Assembly: GCA_951406725.2 (NCBI GenBank)
Contig: OX597820.1
Location: 59,272,001 to 59,336,000 of the forward strand
Length of the DNA stretch: 64,000 nucleotides
Origin: Octopus vulgaris
Lineage: Eukaryota
Direction: 5' to 3'
Of the stretch, positions 36,845-50,833 are shown piece after piece; within the stretch, counting starts at the first letter, position 1; every line of letters starts with the position of its first letter. Both the position numbers and the translations under genes were made by a program. The notes under the pieces were generated by a model. It did no database searches and was not told where the DNA came from. It saw nothing but the letters and a program-made list of their open reading frames with translations.

Positions 36845-37355
36845 TCCACTCCTCTCTGGATTGTGCCTTTCTCATCCATGTGATCCCAATAGTCCCCCTG
36901 AAATCGTAACTCCACCGTCGTGGAGGCCTTCCAGGTGGTCGTTTCCGCTCTGCAGGTACCACTTGACAACTGCACGGGTCCATCGATTATCGGTGAGCTG
37001 GGCGACACGTCCAGCCCATCTAAACTTGCTGCGTGTATACTCTACGATGACATCCCTCATGCCGGACTTCGTTCTGATAATCTCGCTACTGATGTGCTCT
37101 CTCAACGAGATACCAAGCATTGACCTCTGCATGGCTCTTTGAGCCATTACCAGTCTCTGCTCTTCTCTCTTTGTTGTAGCCCATGTTTCCCAACCATATA
37201 ACATAGCAGGTAGAACTGTACTGTTGAGGTTGGTGTGGGTGGTCCTGTTCAACCTTACCTTGAGCACATCCCTTATGCCATTAAATGCCTTCCATCCGAC
37301 CCTTACTCTCTGTGGGATCTCCTTTTCGATATCTCAGTACATATTCACTTCTGTG
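36845..37355 (-). mobile_element. RTE-clade LINE, RT C-terminal/3' relic
   Basis: DIEKEI..RVRVGWKAF...NSTVLPAMLYGWETW...QRAMQRSMLGISLREHI...KFRWAGRVAQLTDNRWTRAVVKW...RPPGRPPRRW. Confidence 0.9.
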
Positions 37356-38559
37356 TAACTATGTAAATAAAACTGGTTGTGAATTTTCATTTCCACTTGA
37401 GTCATCTTTCCTCGCCTGCTGGAGCCTGAAATAACACAAAGAACAATTTTAATGGGAGAAGGTGATATTCATCCGATATCGTGAACCTTGCCTCCCATTA
37501 TATATATATATATATATAGGTGATAAATAAAAATATATGCATACATACAAACATATATGTACGTACCTACATCTACATGTATATATACATGCATATATAA
37601 ATAATTGTACGTGAGTACAGGACACCACAACAAGACGTAGAAACGGGAAAAACAAAAAAACAAAAACAAGAAAACGAAAAACAAAAAACAAGAAAACGAA
37701 AAAAACAGTTACAGGACAAGCTACACAAGGAAAAAACCCATATATATACATATATATACATTTATATATACATATATATATAGGTATCTTTTATTTACCT
37801 GTAATCAGTCTTCCTTCATTCAATGTTAGATTTTAGTTATGTAATCCAGTCTGAACATAAATGTCTGTATCTATTATATACCTTTTTTTTTTCACATATT
37901 CTTACTCATTACATGTGTGTGTGTGTGTGTGCATGCATGTATTCCTTTAGGTTAAATGTAGTGATATTTATTTAAACAAAATTACCACAATGAATTCCCC
38001 TTGAGATATATGATAAATTTTATTCATATTATAAGCACAATTATTCCTCACCATATACATAGTACACACTGTTGCAAGAGATGTACCAATGAACTTGCTC
38101 TTTGAGTGGTTGTTTTGAACATTGGCTGAAGTGATGGTAGTGGTGGTGGTGTTGGTGATGGTAGTAGTGCTTTTCTTTTTTCTGATAATAGTATCAGAAA
38201 AATACTCTATTAGTGACACACCAGGGAGTGGTATTTGCTGTGATAATAGTGCTATAGAAAATGGCAGGGAGTGGTATTTTCTCCAATGGCAGTGCAATAG
38301 GAAATACTGTTGTTGTAGTACAGTATGGAGTTTTGTTTGCTTTCATTTCACTGTCATAGAAGGTTCTGACTTGACCGATAAAAGCGAATGGGTTCAGTAT
38401 GAAATGTCTAGCAGCACCATAGTAATTTTGATTTACCACAGACTGTAACTAAAGATACTACAGCAATTTGGGGTGGTACAAATAGAAATGTGTCAGCTCC
38501 TGCAACTGATTCTTAGAAGACAAGTGTTGGTAAAAAAAAACCCAAACTTGCTATCTTCA

Positions 38560-39025
38560 ATATGGTTACTGTGTCGGTTACCGTGTCTATCCTCACTTGT
38601 GGTAGTTAATGTCCGGTAATGACTGAAAGAGTACAATTGCAAAAACAAGAAGCCAAAATAAGGTTCTTTCAAGGGACCTCTGGAGTCATGTTATTTGATA
38701 GGATGCATAGCTCAAAGATCAGGGAGTCTCTCCAGATCAAACTGCTACTTCTTAACATTGAGAGGCCACATCTCTAATACAATAGAAATGTGATTAGAAT
38801 ATCACACGAAAGAATCACAAGGCAGATTCTTCAAGCCAACCAACTGGCAGGAGACCTTAGAACAAGATGGTTGTATAATGTCCATAATATCAGCTGGTCA
38901 CATTTGAAAATCCAACCAGAAAGTGTAATGACAGTTGCTTCTGCAGGCACTTTACGGAGGAGGTGCCCAAAGACTCAACCCCACCAACCCTCCCAGGGAA
39001 AGCAGAGAAGATGGGTGGATGGACA
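38560..39025 (+). mobile_element. RTE-clade LINE, 3' relic
   Basis: DRMHSSKIRESLQIKLLLLNIER...RISHERITRQILQA...RTRWL...; ends atgggtggatgga. Confidence 0.8.
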
Positions 39026-39129
39026 AAGTGAACCTAGGGACATAACAACAACTTACAGTGTCACAGGTGTATGTGGCTATATCACAGTAATTTGAATGAC
39101 TAATGACAATGCTACAAATTACTGTAAAT

Positions 39130-39710
39130 CATTGTCATTGTCGTCGTCGTTTAACGTCCGTTTTCTGTGCTAGCACGGGTTGGACGGTTTGACCGAGGTC
39201 TAGGAAACCAGGAGGCTGCACCAGGCTCCAGTCTGATCTGGCAGTGTTTCTACAGCTGGATGCCCTTCCTAACGCCAACCACTCTGTGAGTGAAGTGGGT
39301 GCTTTTTATGTGCCACCAGCACAGGTGCCAGGGGAGGCTGGCAGCAGCCACAATCGGTTGGTGCTTTTTACGTGCCACCGGCACAGAAGTCAGTCAAGGT
39401 GGCGCTGGCATCGGCCATATTAGGATGGTGCTTTTTACGTACCACCGCCACAGGTATAACAACTACAATTTCCATTTGATATTTATTCTGATGTTGATGT
39501 ACTTGACACAATAGGTCTCCTCAAGCACAGCAGATCACTCTACGATCCAAGGTAAGCACAGCAGGTCGTTCTGTAATCCAAGGTACTTTTGATGGGCTGG
39601 GGCTATGTGAAATTGGTGCAGGAAACAGCCATGAACTCACATTATTTGTCATGTCTTTGCAGTCACAGCATATCTCCAGAGATCTCGCTCTTTTGTCATT
39701 GCCTCAGAAA
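39130..39710 (-). mobile_element. SINE family C, long copy
   Basis: (tcg)n tttaacgtccgttttc...gatgcccttcctaacgccaaccactc with three internal units and an extended 5' region. Confidence 0.85.
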
Positions 39711-39747
39711 ATAATTAGGCTTCATCATTTGTTGTTTAAGGCATCCT

Positions 39748-39963
39748 TAAAGGATGCATTCAGATTTCTCTGTCAAATGCAATAATTACTTATTCATATT
39801 GTTTTGAATTAATTATGCATTATCTTGTAGCTTCAAGATATTAATGATATGATTGTTTAGTTTTAGAATGACATTATAAGGTAGGTGTGAGAATCCAGGT
39901 CTGAACATAAAATATGTAGACTATTTGGGCCAGTTATGGCCGGTTTAAATACCAACGGGTTAA
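39748..39963. mobile_element. piggyBac-type MITE (second family)
   Basis: Ends ggccggtttaaataccaacgggTTAA; a related end lies at 41150-41233. Confidence 0.55.
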
Positions 39964-39991
39964 GCTGCTTTGTTGAACTATCTATTATCTT

Positions 39992-40356
39992 TTATTACCT
40001 CCACCTTAGCGTAGGTGGGAGTATTGTTTTTCAGTCATATTTGTTTGTCCGTGGACAAGATATCTCAAGAACCGCTGGATGGATTCACATGAAACTTTCA
40101 GAGATATTTGGCCTTGTGACTGGCATGAACTGATTAGATTTAGGGATCAATCCAGTATTGTATAAAGATTCTGGATTATTTTCCGTTTTTTTTATACTTA
40201 ATTTTTGAGAGTGGTTGGGTTCATTTTTAGTATTCTCATTTGTGAGAGCACTTGAGTTTATTTCAGACATTCTCAATTTAAAAATCATCTCTGGCTAATC
40301 ACTGAGAGGACATTGGTGTTGCTTTGGCAGAAGTTTGCACTGAGTGCTCTTATTTG
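39992..40356 (+). mobile_element. Helentron-associated non-autonomous element (HINE/DINE-1-like)
   Basis: 5' ttattacctccacc subTIR with adjacent IR, (TTTG)n, gatatctcaagaacc...ggatt...atgaaact core, 3' ttggcagaagtt subTIR and short hairpin gcactgagtgc. Confidence 0.7.
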
Positions 40357-40839
40357 TTTTAGTCCTTAGGTCACAACCTATTTGGGACACAGCCTTGAAA
40401 GATTTACTTAAACAAATCAACACCAATACTTATTTTTTAAGCCTGGTACTTATTCAATGAATTTCTTTTGCCAAATTGCTAAGTTACAGGAATGTAAATA
40501 AATCAATAATTGGGGTGGACAAATTTAAGCACAGACACACACATATACATCAGTCTCTCTTTCTCTCTCTCTCAACATATATGATAGGATTCAACACAGT
40601 TTTCAACTACCAAATTCACTTACATGGCATTAGTTGGCTTGAGGCCAGAGTAGAAGACACTTGCTCAGGTGTGGCACAGTGGTATTGAACCTAAGAGCAT
40701 TTGGTTGCAAAGTATTCCAACCAAGGTGTCATACTTAATGGAAATAAAAACTAGATATCAGCTCTTAGATACTGAATTATAATAATAATCCTTTCTTCTA
40801 TAGGCATACAGACTGAAATCTGGAGGCAAAGGGTTAGTA

Positions 40840-41146
40840 TCAAGTCATCCAATAAATTGTGTCTGATTTTACCTTTTTTAAAATTTAATGAAATTTAATA
40901 GTATTTTAGAATGTCTAATGGAATTAAAAATTATTTTTATGCATTTGTGTACATTTAAATTAATTAAATATTATTTTACAGAATAATAAAATAAAAATTT
41001 CTTTGATTAAAACCCTTTCTAACATGGAAGTATCCAAAGAGCATTTGTGGCACATAATGCTTTATGAGTACAAAAAAGGAAACTCTGCAGCTGAAGTGAC
41101 TCGAAACATACACTCAGTTTATGGGAAAGAATGCTTGAATGAAAGG
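40840..41146 (+). mobile_element. Mariner 5' fragment
   Basis: TA|tcaagtcatccaataa terminus; ATG at 41024 MEVSKEHLWHIMLYEYKKGNSAAEVTRNIHSVYGKECLNER (mariner first HTH), truncated. Confidence 0.8.
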
Positions 41147-41234
41147 CGTAAGAGGCTGAATCTTACCAGTTTGAATGTAAAATAACTGGAATAGCTGAGT
41201 CAGATATGGTCAATTTAAACACTAAAGGGTTAAT

Positions 41235-41600
41235 GACCCTAAGAGCAATGCCAGAGGAGTGCAAGCTCTTGGTAAGGCCTCCCAAGCTGGACAGGTCAAA
41301 GGACAGAGGTCAGTCTAATATAAACTGCCTTTTCCTATAAGTAAAACAAGTTTGTGTAGGGCTAACACCCCTACCTAAAAAAAAAAAGACAAATTACAGA
41401 AGCAGCGATGGCAATTCAAAACCAACAAGACCGGAGAGAGGAAGGCCTTCCCTCAGGGTAACATGAGACAGGATACTGAGGCAGAATTGAAAAAGCTGGG
41501 ATCCAACTAGAAAGAAGCAGAAAAGGCATCCCAGAACTGAAAGCAGTAGTAATGTGTCATTAATAGCCTGTGCTCCATGAGGAGAGATGGGCTCAAGGAG
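41235..41600 (+). mobile_element. RTE-derived short element (5' UTR-like part fused to 3' end)
   Basis: The 3' part reads RGRP...ELKKLG...ACAP..RDGL. The 5' part has ctggacaggtcaaagg...gggctaacacccctacctaaaa. Confidence 0.5.
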
Positions 41601-42664
41601 TATGTGGTAGTGAACTGAACATTTTAACCACACAACCATCCAGTCCTAATAATTTCTTATATAAGGTACAAAAAATAATTTTGGTATTTTTTTTTACAGG
41701 TTAGAAATTTGTTGACGAAGGAACAGTCGATTATATTGACCCCAGTACTTCATTGGTACTCATTTTAATGACCCCTAAAAGGAAGAAAGATAAAATTTGA
41801 ACTCAGAATGTAAAGAACCAGAGCAAATATAATAAAGCTTTTTGTCCAACGGACCAATGATTCTACAAATTAGTCATTACGAAGAGTATCAGATAACTTG
41901 AAGTTCACAGAAAACCACAAAATACATAATTTCTTTTGAAATTGTATTTTTTCTGAAGCATTTGATTCATCAAATAGTGTAAAGTTCAAGTAGGTAGTAA
42001 TATGGCAGTGTTGGGGGAGAATTTCTTTAAAAACAGGTGTATAACATGATGACCTGCAAATTTATTCTTAATATGTTTTGGCAGGTTTGAATGCGAATAT
42101 GCTAATCACAATTGTGCTTTGTCACAGAACAACTTCTTTATGAAGAATGTGTGTTCACTACACACTTGATTCATAAGCACAAGGGACTCTAGGACACCCT
42201 GTGTTGACATTGCTGTGTCTTGATCGCCACTGGCAAGGCTAATGAATCTGATAAGAGTTCAAAGCTCTTGTTTATAACTACAGCAAACAAATTGTTCATT
42301 GAATTCCTTGTTTTATACTCGTCTCCTCTTCTACCTCATGAGCTTTAGCCTATTATTTTCATCTTTCCACCAAGAAGTGTACTCACTTTAGAAAGAAGTA
42401 TATAAAATTGTCCATGAGAAAATTCTAATTTACTTCTCTACATTTTTGCGAATATCTCATAAAAATTATTGGAAAATTATTGAAAGAATAACGTAAGGAG
42501 ATGCAGGCATGGCTCTTTGGCTAGGATGTTCACTTCATAACCATGCCATTTTGGGTTTACTTGGTTCAGTCCCACTTTGCAGTATTTTGAGCAAGTGTCT
42601 TCTACTGTAACTCCAGACTGACCTATGCCTTGTGAGTTAATTTGGTAGATGGAAACTGAATGGA

Positions 42665-42703
<39 letters not shown>

Positions 42704-43115
42704 TATGCAGGTATATCTAAAAAGGGTCCAAATATTAAGGTTGATTTCACCATCATCATCATTGTTTAATATTAGCTCTCTATGCTGGCATGAGTTAGAC
42801 AGTTATATAGGAGCTGGCCAAGCAAAAGACTGCACCAGATTTCTATGTCTGTTTACAACTGGATGCCCTTCCCCACACAAACTACCCTGCAGAGTGGACT
42901 AAGTGGTTTTTACGTGGCACCAGCACAGGTGGTCACCAAGTAACTTGCAAGACAAAGATCCTTTAAGATGGGGGGTGGGGGCATTAGAAGTGGTGATCTT
43001 GTGTCAGAGGATGAAAGGTTAGAGTGTGACAGAGAGACAGAAACAGGTGTCTTGCTGTAGAGGAGGTACAGTTTGTTTACTGTAGTTATAAACAAGATTT
43101 GTTCAACTAAAACCT

Positions 43116-43345
43116 TTAACCTTTTCAATACCAGCCTGGCTGAAACTGCCACTGGCTCTGTAATACAAATGTATTGTTTTCATAAGTTTTGAATTAAAAT
43201 CTTCCACCAAACTTTAGTCACAATTTATGTTCCTAACACTAGCTTAATGATAACTAAATCATTTCATTAAATTCTTTATTACATATAAAATTAATTGGAA
43301 GAAACACAGGGCATCTCAAAATAAATAAGGTAATGAAAGGGTTAA
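43116..43345. mobile_element. piggyBac-type MITE with TTAA TSD, inserted in a SINE A tail
   Basis: TTAA|ccttttc ... gaaaggg|TTAA; the flanks rejoin as ttgttcaactaaaacct-ttaa-ggtggtgccccaacatggcc. Confidence 0.8.
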
Positions 43346-44339
43346 GGTGGTGCCCCAACATGGCCACAATCCAATGACTGAAACAAGTGAAAGAAAAAAA
43401 CATGAAAGAATATATAACAAACACTTTGAATAATTTTAACTATCAAAAGGCAGTGTCTGATATGCTAATAATTATTATGTCAAGTTGTTGAATAATGACT
43501 TCTAAAATTGGTGAAAAGTGAAATGTTTTAAAGAAGGAGTACAGTTAAATAAACTCCAGCACTTGGTTTTAAACCAGATGATGGATAAAATCTAATATAC
43601 ACAAGTAGACCACAGTGGGATTTGAACTCAGAATGTAAAGAACTGGAAATGAATACCCCCAAAACATCCTGTCCAAGGCTCTCATGATTATATCAGTTTT
43701 AGACAGGTACTATATTTATCGAACCTGAAAAGGAAAATTCACCTTGAGAGGATTTGAATTAAGAATGCATGAAGTCACAATAGGTACAAAAAGGCATTGT
43801 GTTTGATGATCTGATAAGTATGTGTGTGTGTGTGAAAATTGACTAGAATAAATCTTGTGATGAAGAAAGAATGAAAAATAAGAAGAATGAAAAATCGAGA
43901 GAAAGAGAATCTGTAATAAGATGGAGAAAGAATAAAAAGAAAGGTAGAAAAAAAGCAGGAATCAGAAGAAGGGGAAGGGTTAAAAAGTAGAGGAAGAAGT
44001 CCTTACAATAAATCAACAACAGCACCATGCTCAACTTGATTAAATAGTCTTCACATCACACAATACTGTATCTATCAATGAAGGATAGATTTGATAATGT
44101 AGTCCTACAAGTAAAGAGAGGAAAGGATGGTGATGATGGGGGTCATTTTTGACTCGAGGTAAAACATCAACATCAAAGTTATAACATTAGGACTGAGAAG
44201 TAAAGATCCTTTGCCAGGGGAGGTTTACTGATCAATGGTTGAGTTTATATTTATAAAGTAGTTAAGGGTGATGTCAATGGCACTAAAACGCTATAGTGGA
44301 GAGAAAAGTCAAGATTTTATTGTGAAACGTATTGGGTAC

Positions 44340-44645
44340 ACTAAGTACAGATGAGTTGAGATACGAAGAAAGGCATTAAAGAAATCAGCCACAGTATGCT
44401 AGAAAGAAAGCTGTGCTGATGCATATGAAGGATGATGTTTGGATCAGGAAAGTTAAGTGATCCATGGAGAATGAACATATGGAAGAATAAGAATGCAAAA
44501 GATATTGGAAGATATGGTGAAGGCTGATCTTAAGATGCTGGCTTTCATGAAATGACCTGGGAATGTATCGAGTGGTGAAACAACAAGATGAAGTAGACCG
44601 GTCTAAACATGGAAAAGCAAATATGACAAAGATGATGATGATGAT
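44340..44645 (+). mobile_element. RTE-clade LINE 3' relic with (GAT)n tail
   Basis: Decayed STDELR...GIKEISHSMLER...MKDDVWIRKV...DMVKADLKML; tail gaccggtctaaacatggaaaagc...gatgatgatgatgat. Confidence 0.6.
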
Positions 44646-46489
44646 TTGGGCTTTGTAGAGTATTCACAGCTGCTTGGAACTCAAAAGAAACTTAAGTCCT
44701 TTTTATAGTTAGATGCTTTAAATTAAGGTCCCAAATATTTCTAGGTTCACATTATTGTTTGCCCCAAATTAGTCCTGACTCAGCCAATCTATTTTCAAAG
44801 ATGTTCCAGTCATTACTATCTAGTCTATTTTTTTTCCAGACATAATATATTTAGGACAACATTATCTAATATTCCTTCCTTTGCTTTAAGACAAAGTATA
44901 ATTTGTAAGAAATTTAGCTGATACCTTTAGCAGTTAATGTGGCTATGTAGGGGCTCCATCATTTGGTGAATTCTAGTAAACATGAGAGGTATGAAGTTGA
45001 AGGTTACAGATAGAAAATGATGGGGGAATGGACAATTGTAAGGTTCTGCTACATAGAAATAAATAACATTTATAATTTGGTGTTGTTGAACAATATAAAA
45101 TTGACAGACATGCATCAGAAACAAGGTGAAGGACTTCAATGATAAGGATTTGATCACTAACTCACAAGCACAATACCCCTCTCTGCCTCCTCTAGCACTA
45201 CAGCAATGGGTTCTACTCTCACCCCTGAACTAGCTAGCTGCATATCCTCTCTACCCATCCACACTGTTATTCTTCTTTTGGTCATCCTTACGATGTCTTA
45301 CCTTCTAGATCTGTTTCATCCAACCCTTCTACCTCAGAACTGCATCCCCTTTGAAATTCCCACTTCTCCCACGTAATTTTCTTTTCTAGGTTATAGTCAA
45401 CTTGAACATCAAGTATCTCAATCTCACCTGTCTGCAAAAACCTTAGAAGGTGACAGACATATCTTCTCCCATGGCTGTTGTATTTAATAAAAAAAGGTGG
45501 GGAGTGGGGTTAGCTGGAATAACTGAATGTGAGACAAGAAAAATATTGAGGTAAACTGTGGAACTTTGGAAGATGACAAAATTTAAGAAGTAGAAATTAA
45601 GAGATTCAAGAAAAGAGCATGTATAATTACAACATGACCACAGGGGACATTTGGGATCATCTATGTATGAGTTCTAGAGGTGTCATATAAGAAAAGAATT
45701 CAACCAAGAAGTTTGTATATCACATTTCCTTAAACACCTTTGCTAATATTAAGTGCAACAGTCTTGGTTCAATGTCAAGTCCATTTTGAGAGAGCCAGGT
45801 CACCCAGAGACATTGGCCTTTGGGAGATATTGATGTTGGTCACTAAGGAGAAGAGAATCAAAGTGTTAAGAAACACTCTTCAATGACAGTTTTCTTTTTC
45901 AGCTTTAGAAACATTGAAAGGAGGGAAATGAAGTGAATGTTAGTGCTGAGAGGAGCAAAGAGGGATGAAGGATGAAGCTACATACTTCTATGTTTTCAAA
46001 TAGGTGGTTCTGAGTGAGAGAGAGGCAGAGAGAGATCTAGATGGCATGGTTTCAAATTTAAATAGGAACATGTGCTAGTTCAAAATCACATAGTTTGAAG
46101 GTAAAGGCGTGGAATGCCTTCAGGGTTTGTGGATATAGTAGTGTTGGAAGTGGAGCATATTTTAGATATAACAACAGGAGATTGTGGAAAGTAGAACTTT
46201 CATATGCACTAAAAAGGTAAGTTGAAAGGATTTGGAGGAGTGAGAACAGAACTGGGATGCAAAGCAGATAGGGAGAAAATGCAATAAAAGGCATTAGACT
46301 ATGACCAAAGTAATACTTTGTTAGAAGTTAGACTGTAACAACAGGACAGCAAGTGTAGTAGTAGATGCCTATAGAGTTTGTTGACATTTTGTTGACAGAT
46401 AGAACTGGAAAGAGAGAAAGGAAAGAGAAATGAGATACTTGAGCAGTAACAAGATTAAAAATATAAAGAAGACACAAGAAAGTTAGTAA

Positions 46490-47125
46490 AATTTCATATA
46501 ATGATGAGATTCATACAATCATAAAATTTCTTAAATCATAATTTCTCCCAGTATTAAGATTTCTCTCAATCATAAGATTTTTTTCCAAATGTAAGATTCC
46601 AGACAAATCATATGACTTTATACATCATAAAACTTCATGCAGACAATATAATTTCATGTAATTCTAAGCAAACATAATATTGACTCTATTCAATCATAAA
46701 ATATATTCCACTAATAACATTTGCCCAATCATAAGAATTCATATAAATCATGTAAATTCATGCAAAGTTTTCATGTAGTCATAAAATTTCATGCAAATCT
46801 TAAAATTTCATGCAGCCATAAAATTTAATACAAATCATAAATTTTCGTTTAAATAAAAGATTTCCTGTAGTTATTTCATTTCATACTTAACCATATTTTA
46901 TGCAATCATAAGATTTCATGGAATCATAAATTTCTAGGATTTCAAGTGATCATGAAATTTGAAACAAATCATGAAATGTTACGCAAATCATAGGATTTCA
47001 TGCAGTTATAAGATTTCCTACAAATCATAAAGTATCATGCAAATCATAACAATTTATACAACCATAAGATTTCATGCAAACATAGGATTTTATAGCTTCA
47101 TATGATTTCATGCAATTATAAAGTA
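46490..47125. repeat. Degenerate ~18-19-bp minisatellite (ataagatttcatgcaatc)
   Basis: Roughly 30 diverged units seen directly. Confidence 0.8.
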
Positions 47126-48303
47126 ATTTTGGTATTGTAAAATAATCTTTGATGGAGCAGACACTGATATAAAGTGATCTACAAATTTCAAGCTGTGGAA
47201 TAATACTGCAGTCATCAGGCATTGAAAACAAAACCAAATTCAAATTTATCCAATTTGATGTTGATAAATATTCTTCTAAAAGCCATCAATTTTCTATAAG
47301 AATGAACTACCCCCTGGTCCAGGAATTAAACTCACAATCTTATAATTATGGACCCAATCCCCAAACCATTAGGCCATATGTCTTCACACCCAAGTATATT
47401 ATTATTAAAATGCATTCCACTAATTTTCTAACAAAGTGACAAGTGTATAACGTGTGTATGTGTGTGAGAAAAAGAAAGATTGAGTGAAAGAGACAGTAAA
47501 ACAATGAAGTATTCAATTGTTCTTAGTAGTCAGAGTCAGTTCATAGGCAAAGTTATTTATGAATTATTGCTTCAAGGACTTGTTGCAAATAATAGCTATT
47601 TAACAGGCAATAACTGTATCACATAGTATTAGAGTTACCTTGAACAAATATTTAACTGTTGAGCAAATATTTTGAGGATCAATTGTTCTAGACTACAAGA
47701 ACATGATACCAGTTTAGGTCTTCCATACTTTTAATGGAGTTCACTCTGTTGCAAGTATTCAAACCAGAACCTTGCTTCCTTCCTTACCCTCATTGTTAGG
47801 TTTGGCCCCAGATCAGCCCTGCATGAAAAGACCTATGATCAAAGATATTCCAGTGGTGATAGAATTATCTTTTATGATAAGTTTATCTACAGCAACATTA
47901 TCCAATATATGTGGTTCCTTTTTTTAAGATGGTAGGGTGTGATCTGAGAGATATTTGGCTGCTATGCTCTTTCTGATAGGTCAAGCAAGTGCTTAGAAGT
48001 TCCCTAATTTGTTTGACCTTGTCCACGTTTTCCCTACTGTTTTAGACTTGGAGATGTTCAGTCCAAGCATTGAGCACATGGTTGTCACCAATCAGAAAAA
48101 GCCTGCCTGTAAAATTCATAGACTTCTTCCTCCAAACTATCTTATGAATAAAAATGTATAAATTCTAGTATCTTGCAGAGATTCTGATTCAAGTATCAAA
48201 GTTTCTATGTGATACGTATGTGTCCCACTTGATATGTGCTTGAGGGGCTCTTTGTACACTACTGAACTGAAATGTTATTTTCATCATGCACTGAGCTGAG
48301 CTG

Positions 48304-48638
48304 AGACCCCCTTTGGTCATGACTGACCATGGGATTGCACCTAGAAAGTTACCCTCCCAGGTACAAGTCCGGGCAAGGTTGTTTATGGAAGACCAGCAGT
48401 TGCCCATGCATACCAGCCTCCCCTCTCCACGCCATCAGTGTTATCCAAGGGAAAGGCAAAGGCTGATACAGTTTGGCATCAGTGACGTCGCAACTCATTT
48501 CTACAGCTGAGTGAACTGGAGCAACATGAAATAAAGTGTCTTGCTCAAGAACACAACATGCAGCCTGGTCCAGGATTCAAACTCACAACCTCATGATCGT
48601 AAGCTCGACACTCTAACCACTGAGCCATGCGCCTTCAC
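48304..48638 (-). mobile_element. tRNA-derived SINE family D, full length
   Basis: Minus strand gtgaaggcgcatggctcagtggttagagtg...gagtttgaatcc (A/B boxes), gtgttcttgagcaagacact box. Confidence 0.9.
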
Positions 48639-49347
48639 TTCCTCATGCACAATGATAGTTAAAATGTTGAATAAATCACACCATAAAAATGAGGTTAATA
48701 GTCTGATGAATCATTACAATTCTAGATGTATAATGTTTTTTTTATCTGCAGGGATGGAAAGTGAAGACAGTAATTATATTTGAACAAATCTGAATAATTT
48801 AATTCTTGGTTCCAGATGTTGTTTAATGAAATAAAGGAATATTGATTTCTCATATGAGCATAAGTCACAAATCTCAGGTCAAGAGAAGAGAAAGGTATAG
48901 TCATTTAAATCGACCCCAGGACCTGATTGTTACTTATTTTACCAACTTAAATAAGAATAAAAGAAAAACATAACTGCAGCAAAATGTAAAAAGTTGGAAC
49001 TAAATACAGCATGGGATTCTGTCAGCCACATTACTGATTCTGCCAATCCAATGTCTCAATAATTTTTTTAGTGAAATATTTTTATCATCAGCATCATTGT
49101 CTAATATCCACTTTTCCATACTTGCATGGGTCAGATGGAATTTATTAAGGCGGATTTTCTATAGCCAGTTGTCCTTCCTGTCACCAATCCTCAACTATTT
49201 CTGAGCAAGGTAATATTTCCCCATGACCACACACATTTTTCAAAGAAGACTTCATAGAAACAAACAATATCGCTTCTATGATGGTGATGTTCATTTACAA
49301 TCACATGATGTCAAGATGTATGTATGCAAACATACATACATACACAC

Positions 49348-49383
<36 letters not shown>

Positions 49384-50740
49384 ATAATAAATGAAAGCAG
49401 TCCTTTTATAAGGAATTTCATGTCTTTTTGAAGAGACTTGTATACATAGATACGAATTGTTTATAAATCAAATAATGTATATCAGTCAAAACAAATTTTT
49501 GGCTTTATTTGTTTTTTTTTAATTGGTTATGTTATGTGTCATGTTATATTATATTTTATAGTATAATATATTATATAATATGATGTAATAAATTGTTAGA
49601 TTGTCAATTGTTATTTCTCTACTTAATTTTATTATATAAATATATATATATAACAAGCTTCTTTCAAATTCTTTCTACCAAATCCACTCACAAAACTTTA
49701 GCCAGCCCAGAGCTATAGAAGACACTTGGCCAATATGTCATGCAGTAGGATTAAACCTGGAAACAAACGGATGAGAAACAAACTTTTAACCACACAGCCA
49801 AGCCTGCAGCTGTTATTGATTTAATAACTAAGGTGGGAAAATCCTTCTTCGATCTAACTTATCAACAACTAACACTGTGAATGCAATAGATCAACTTTTA
49901 CAGAAATATTATCAATAAAACAAACACCAAACTTGTACTAGGATTGACAAAACTCCACCCCTACAACAACCTTTGCCCTTGGGTGACTAGTGTAGGTTTA
50001 AGGGAGACATAAACAGAAAAAAATGGCCACGAATCACTGCAGTATATCAATTCAGAAATGAGTGATAGAAAATTTTTTAATAAAAGCTAAAAAGTGAGTC
50101 TACAAATGCTCACACAAACACCAAGAAAAAGCAGCAAGATCTCCCTCAAACAATATCCACTTTCCATGCTGGTATGGCTTGTATAAAGTTTAGTGGGGCA
50201 GATCTTTTACAATTGGATGTTCTTCTTGTCATCAACTCTTACCTGTTTCTAAGCTAAGTAATATTTCCCAAAGACCAGATATGATTCACAGAACATTGGA
50301 TATGAGTAACATTTATTAACTATAACCACACACTATCAAGCCAAGAAGATGCAAACACTCTCACATTAACATGCACAGTACTCTGGAATAGGTTGTTAAT
50401 TTGATTTCAATGAACTCAGAATCTCCAATGTAATGTCATTATTCCTGCCCATTGCTAAACATTTATAGAATGTAGGGGTTGACATACCAGCAGTTGCATT
50501 ACCCAATAGGTAGTGAACTATGAACTCTCAATGACATTCCATAAATCAAGTGTTCAGTTTCAGCTTTGCATGACTCGATATTGCAGATTCATGAAAGAAA
50601 CAAGCTACAGGAAAATATACTCCATAAATTGTAATAATATTTTCTCATTGTTCATCAATCTCTGCAGATATACAGCTTCAAAATATGTCTATTCACCATT
50701 AACCACAGCATACTGAACCCTCTAAGCAAAGGGTCTTCAC

Positions 50741-50833
50741 CGTAAATAAGTCTTCTGGCCAATAAAGAATGTCATTTCAACAAGAATCAAAGGAGCAGAG
50801 GCTCCAGTAGATGAAAAGTGGAGCAAGAAACAA
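50741..50833 (-). CDS. Candidate internal exon (CFLLHFSSTGASAPLILVEMTFFIGQKTYLR)
   Basis: Acceptor tcatctaacag| and donor TTACG|gtgaag with one open frame. It is phase 2/2, so it does not join the phase-1 donor at 57932 without an unseen exon or a rare GAG acceptor. Confidence 0.25.

Noticed and set aside
37350-37422. Strong minus-strand acceptor ttctttgtgttatttcag followed by a short open frame
   Set aside because: No convincing donor before the RTE relic begins; it could still be an exon but is unsupported.
38052-38445. Thr-rich minus-strand ORFs with a gtgagg donor
   Set aside because: The two ORFs are in different frames, the Thr run is an (ACC/ACT) microsatellite, and the phases do not fit the neighbouring exons.
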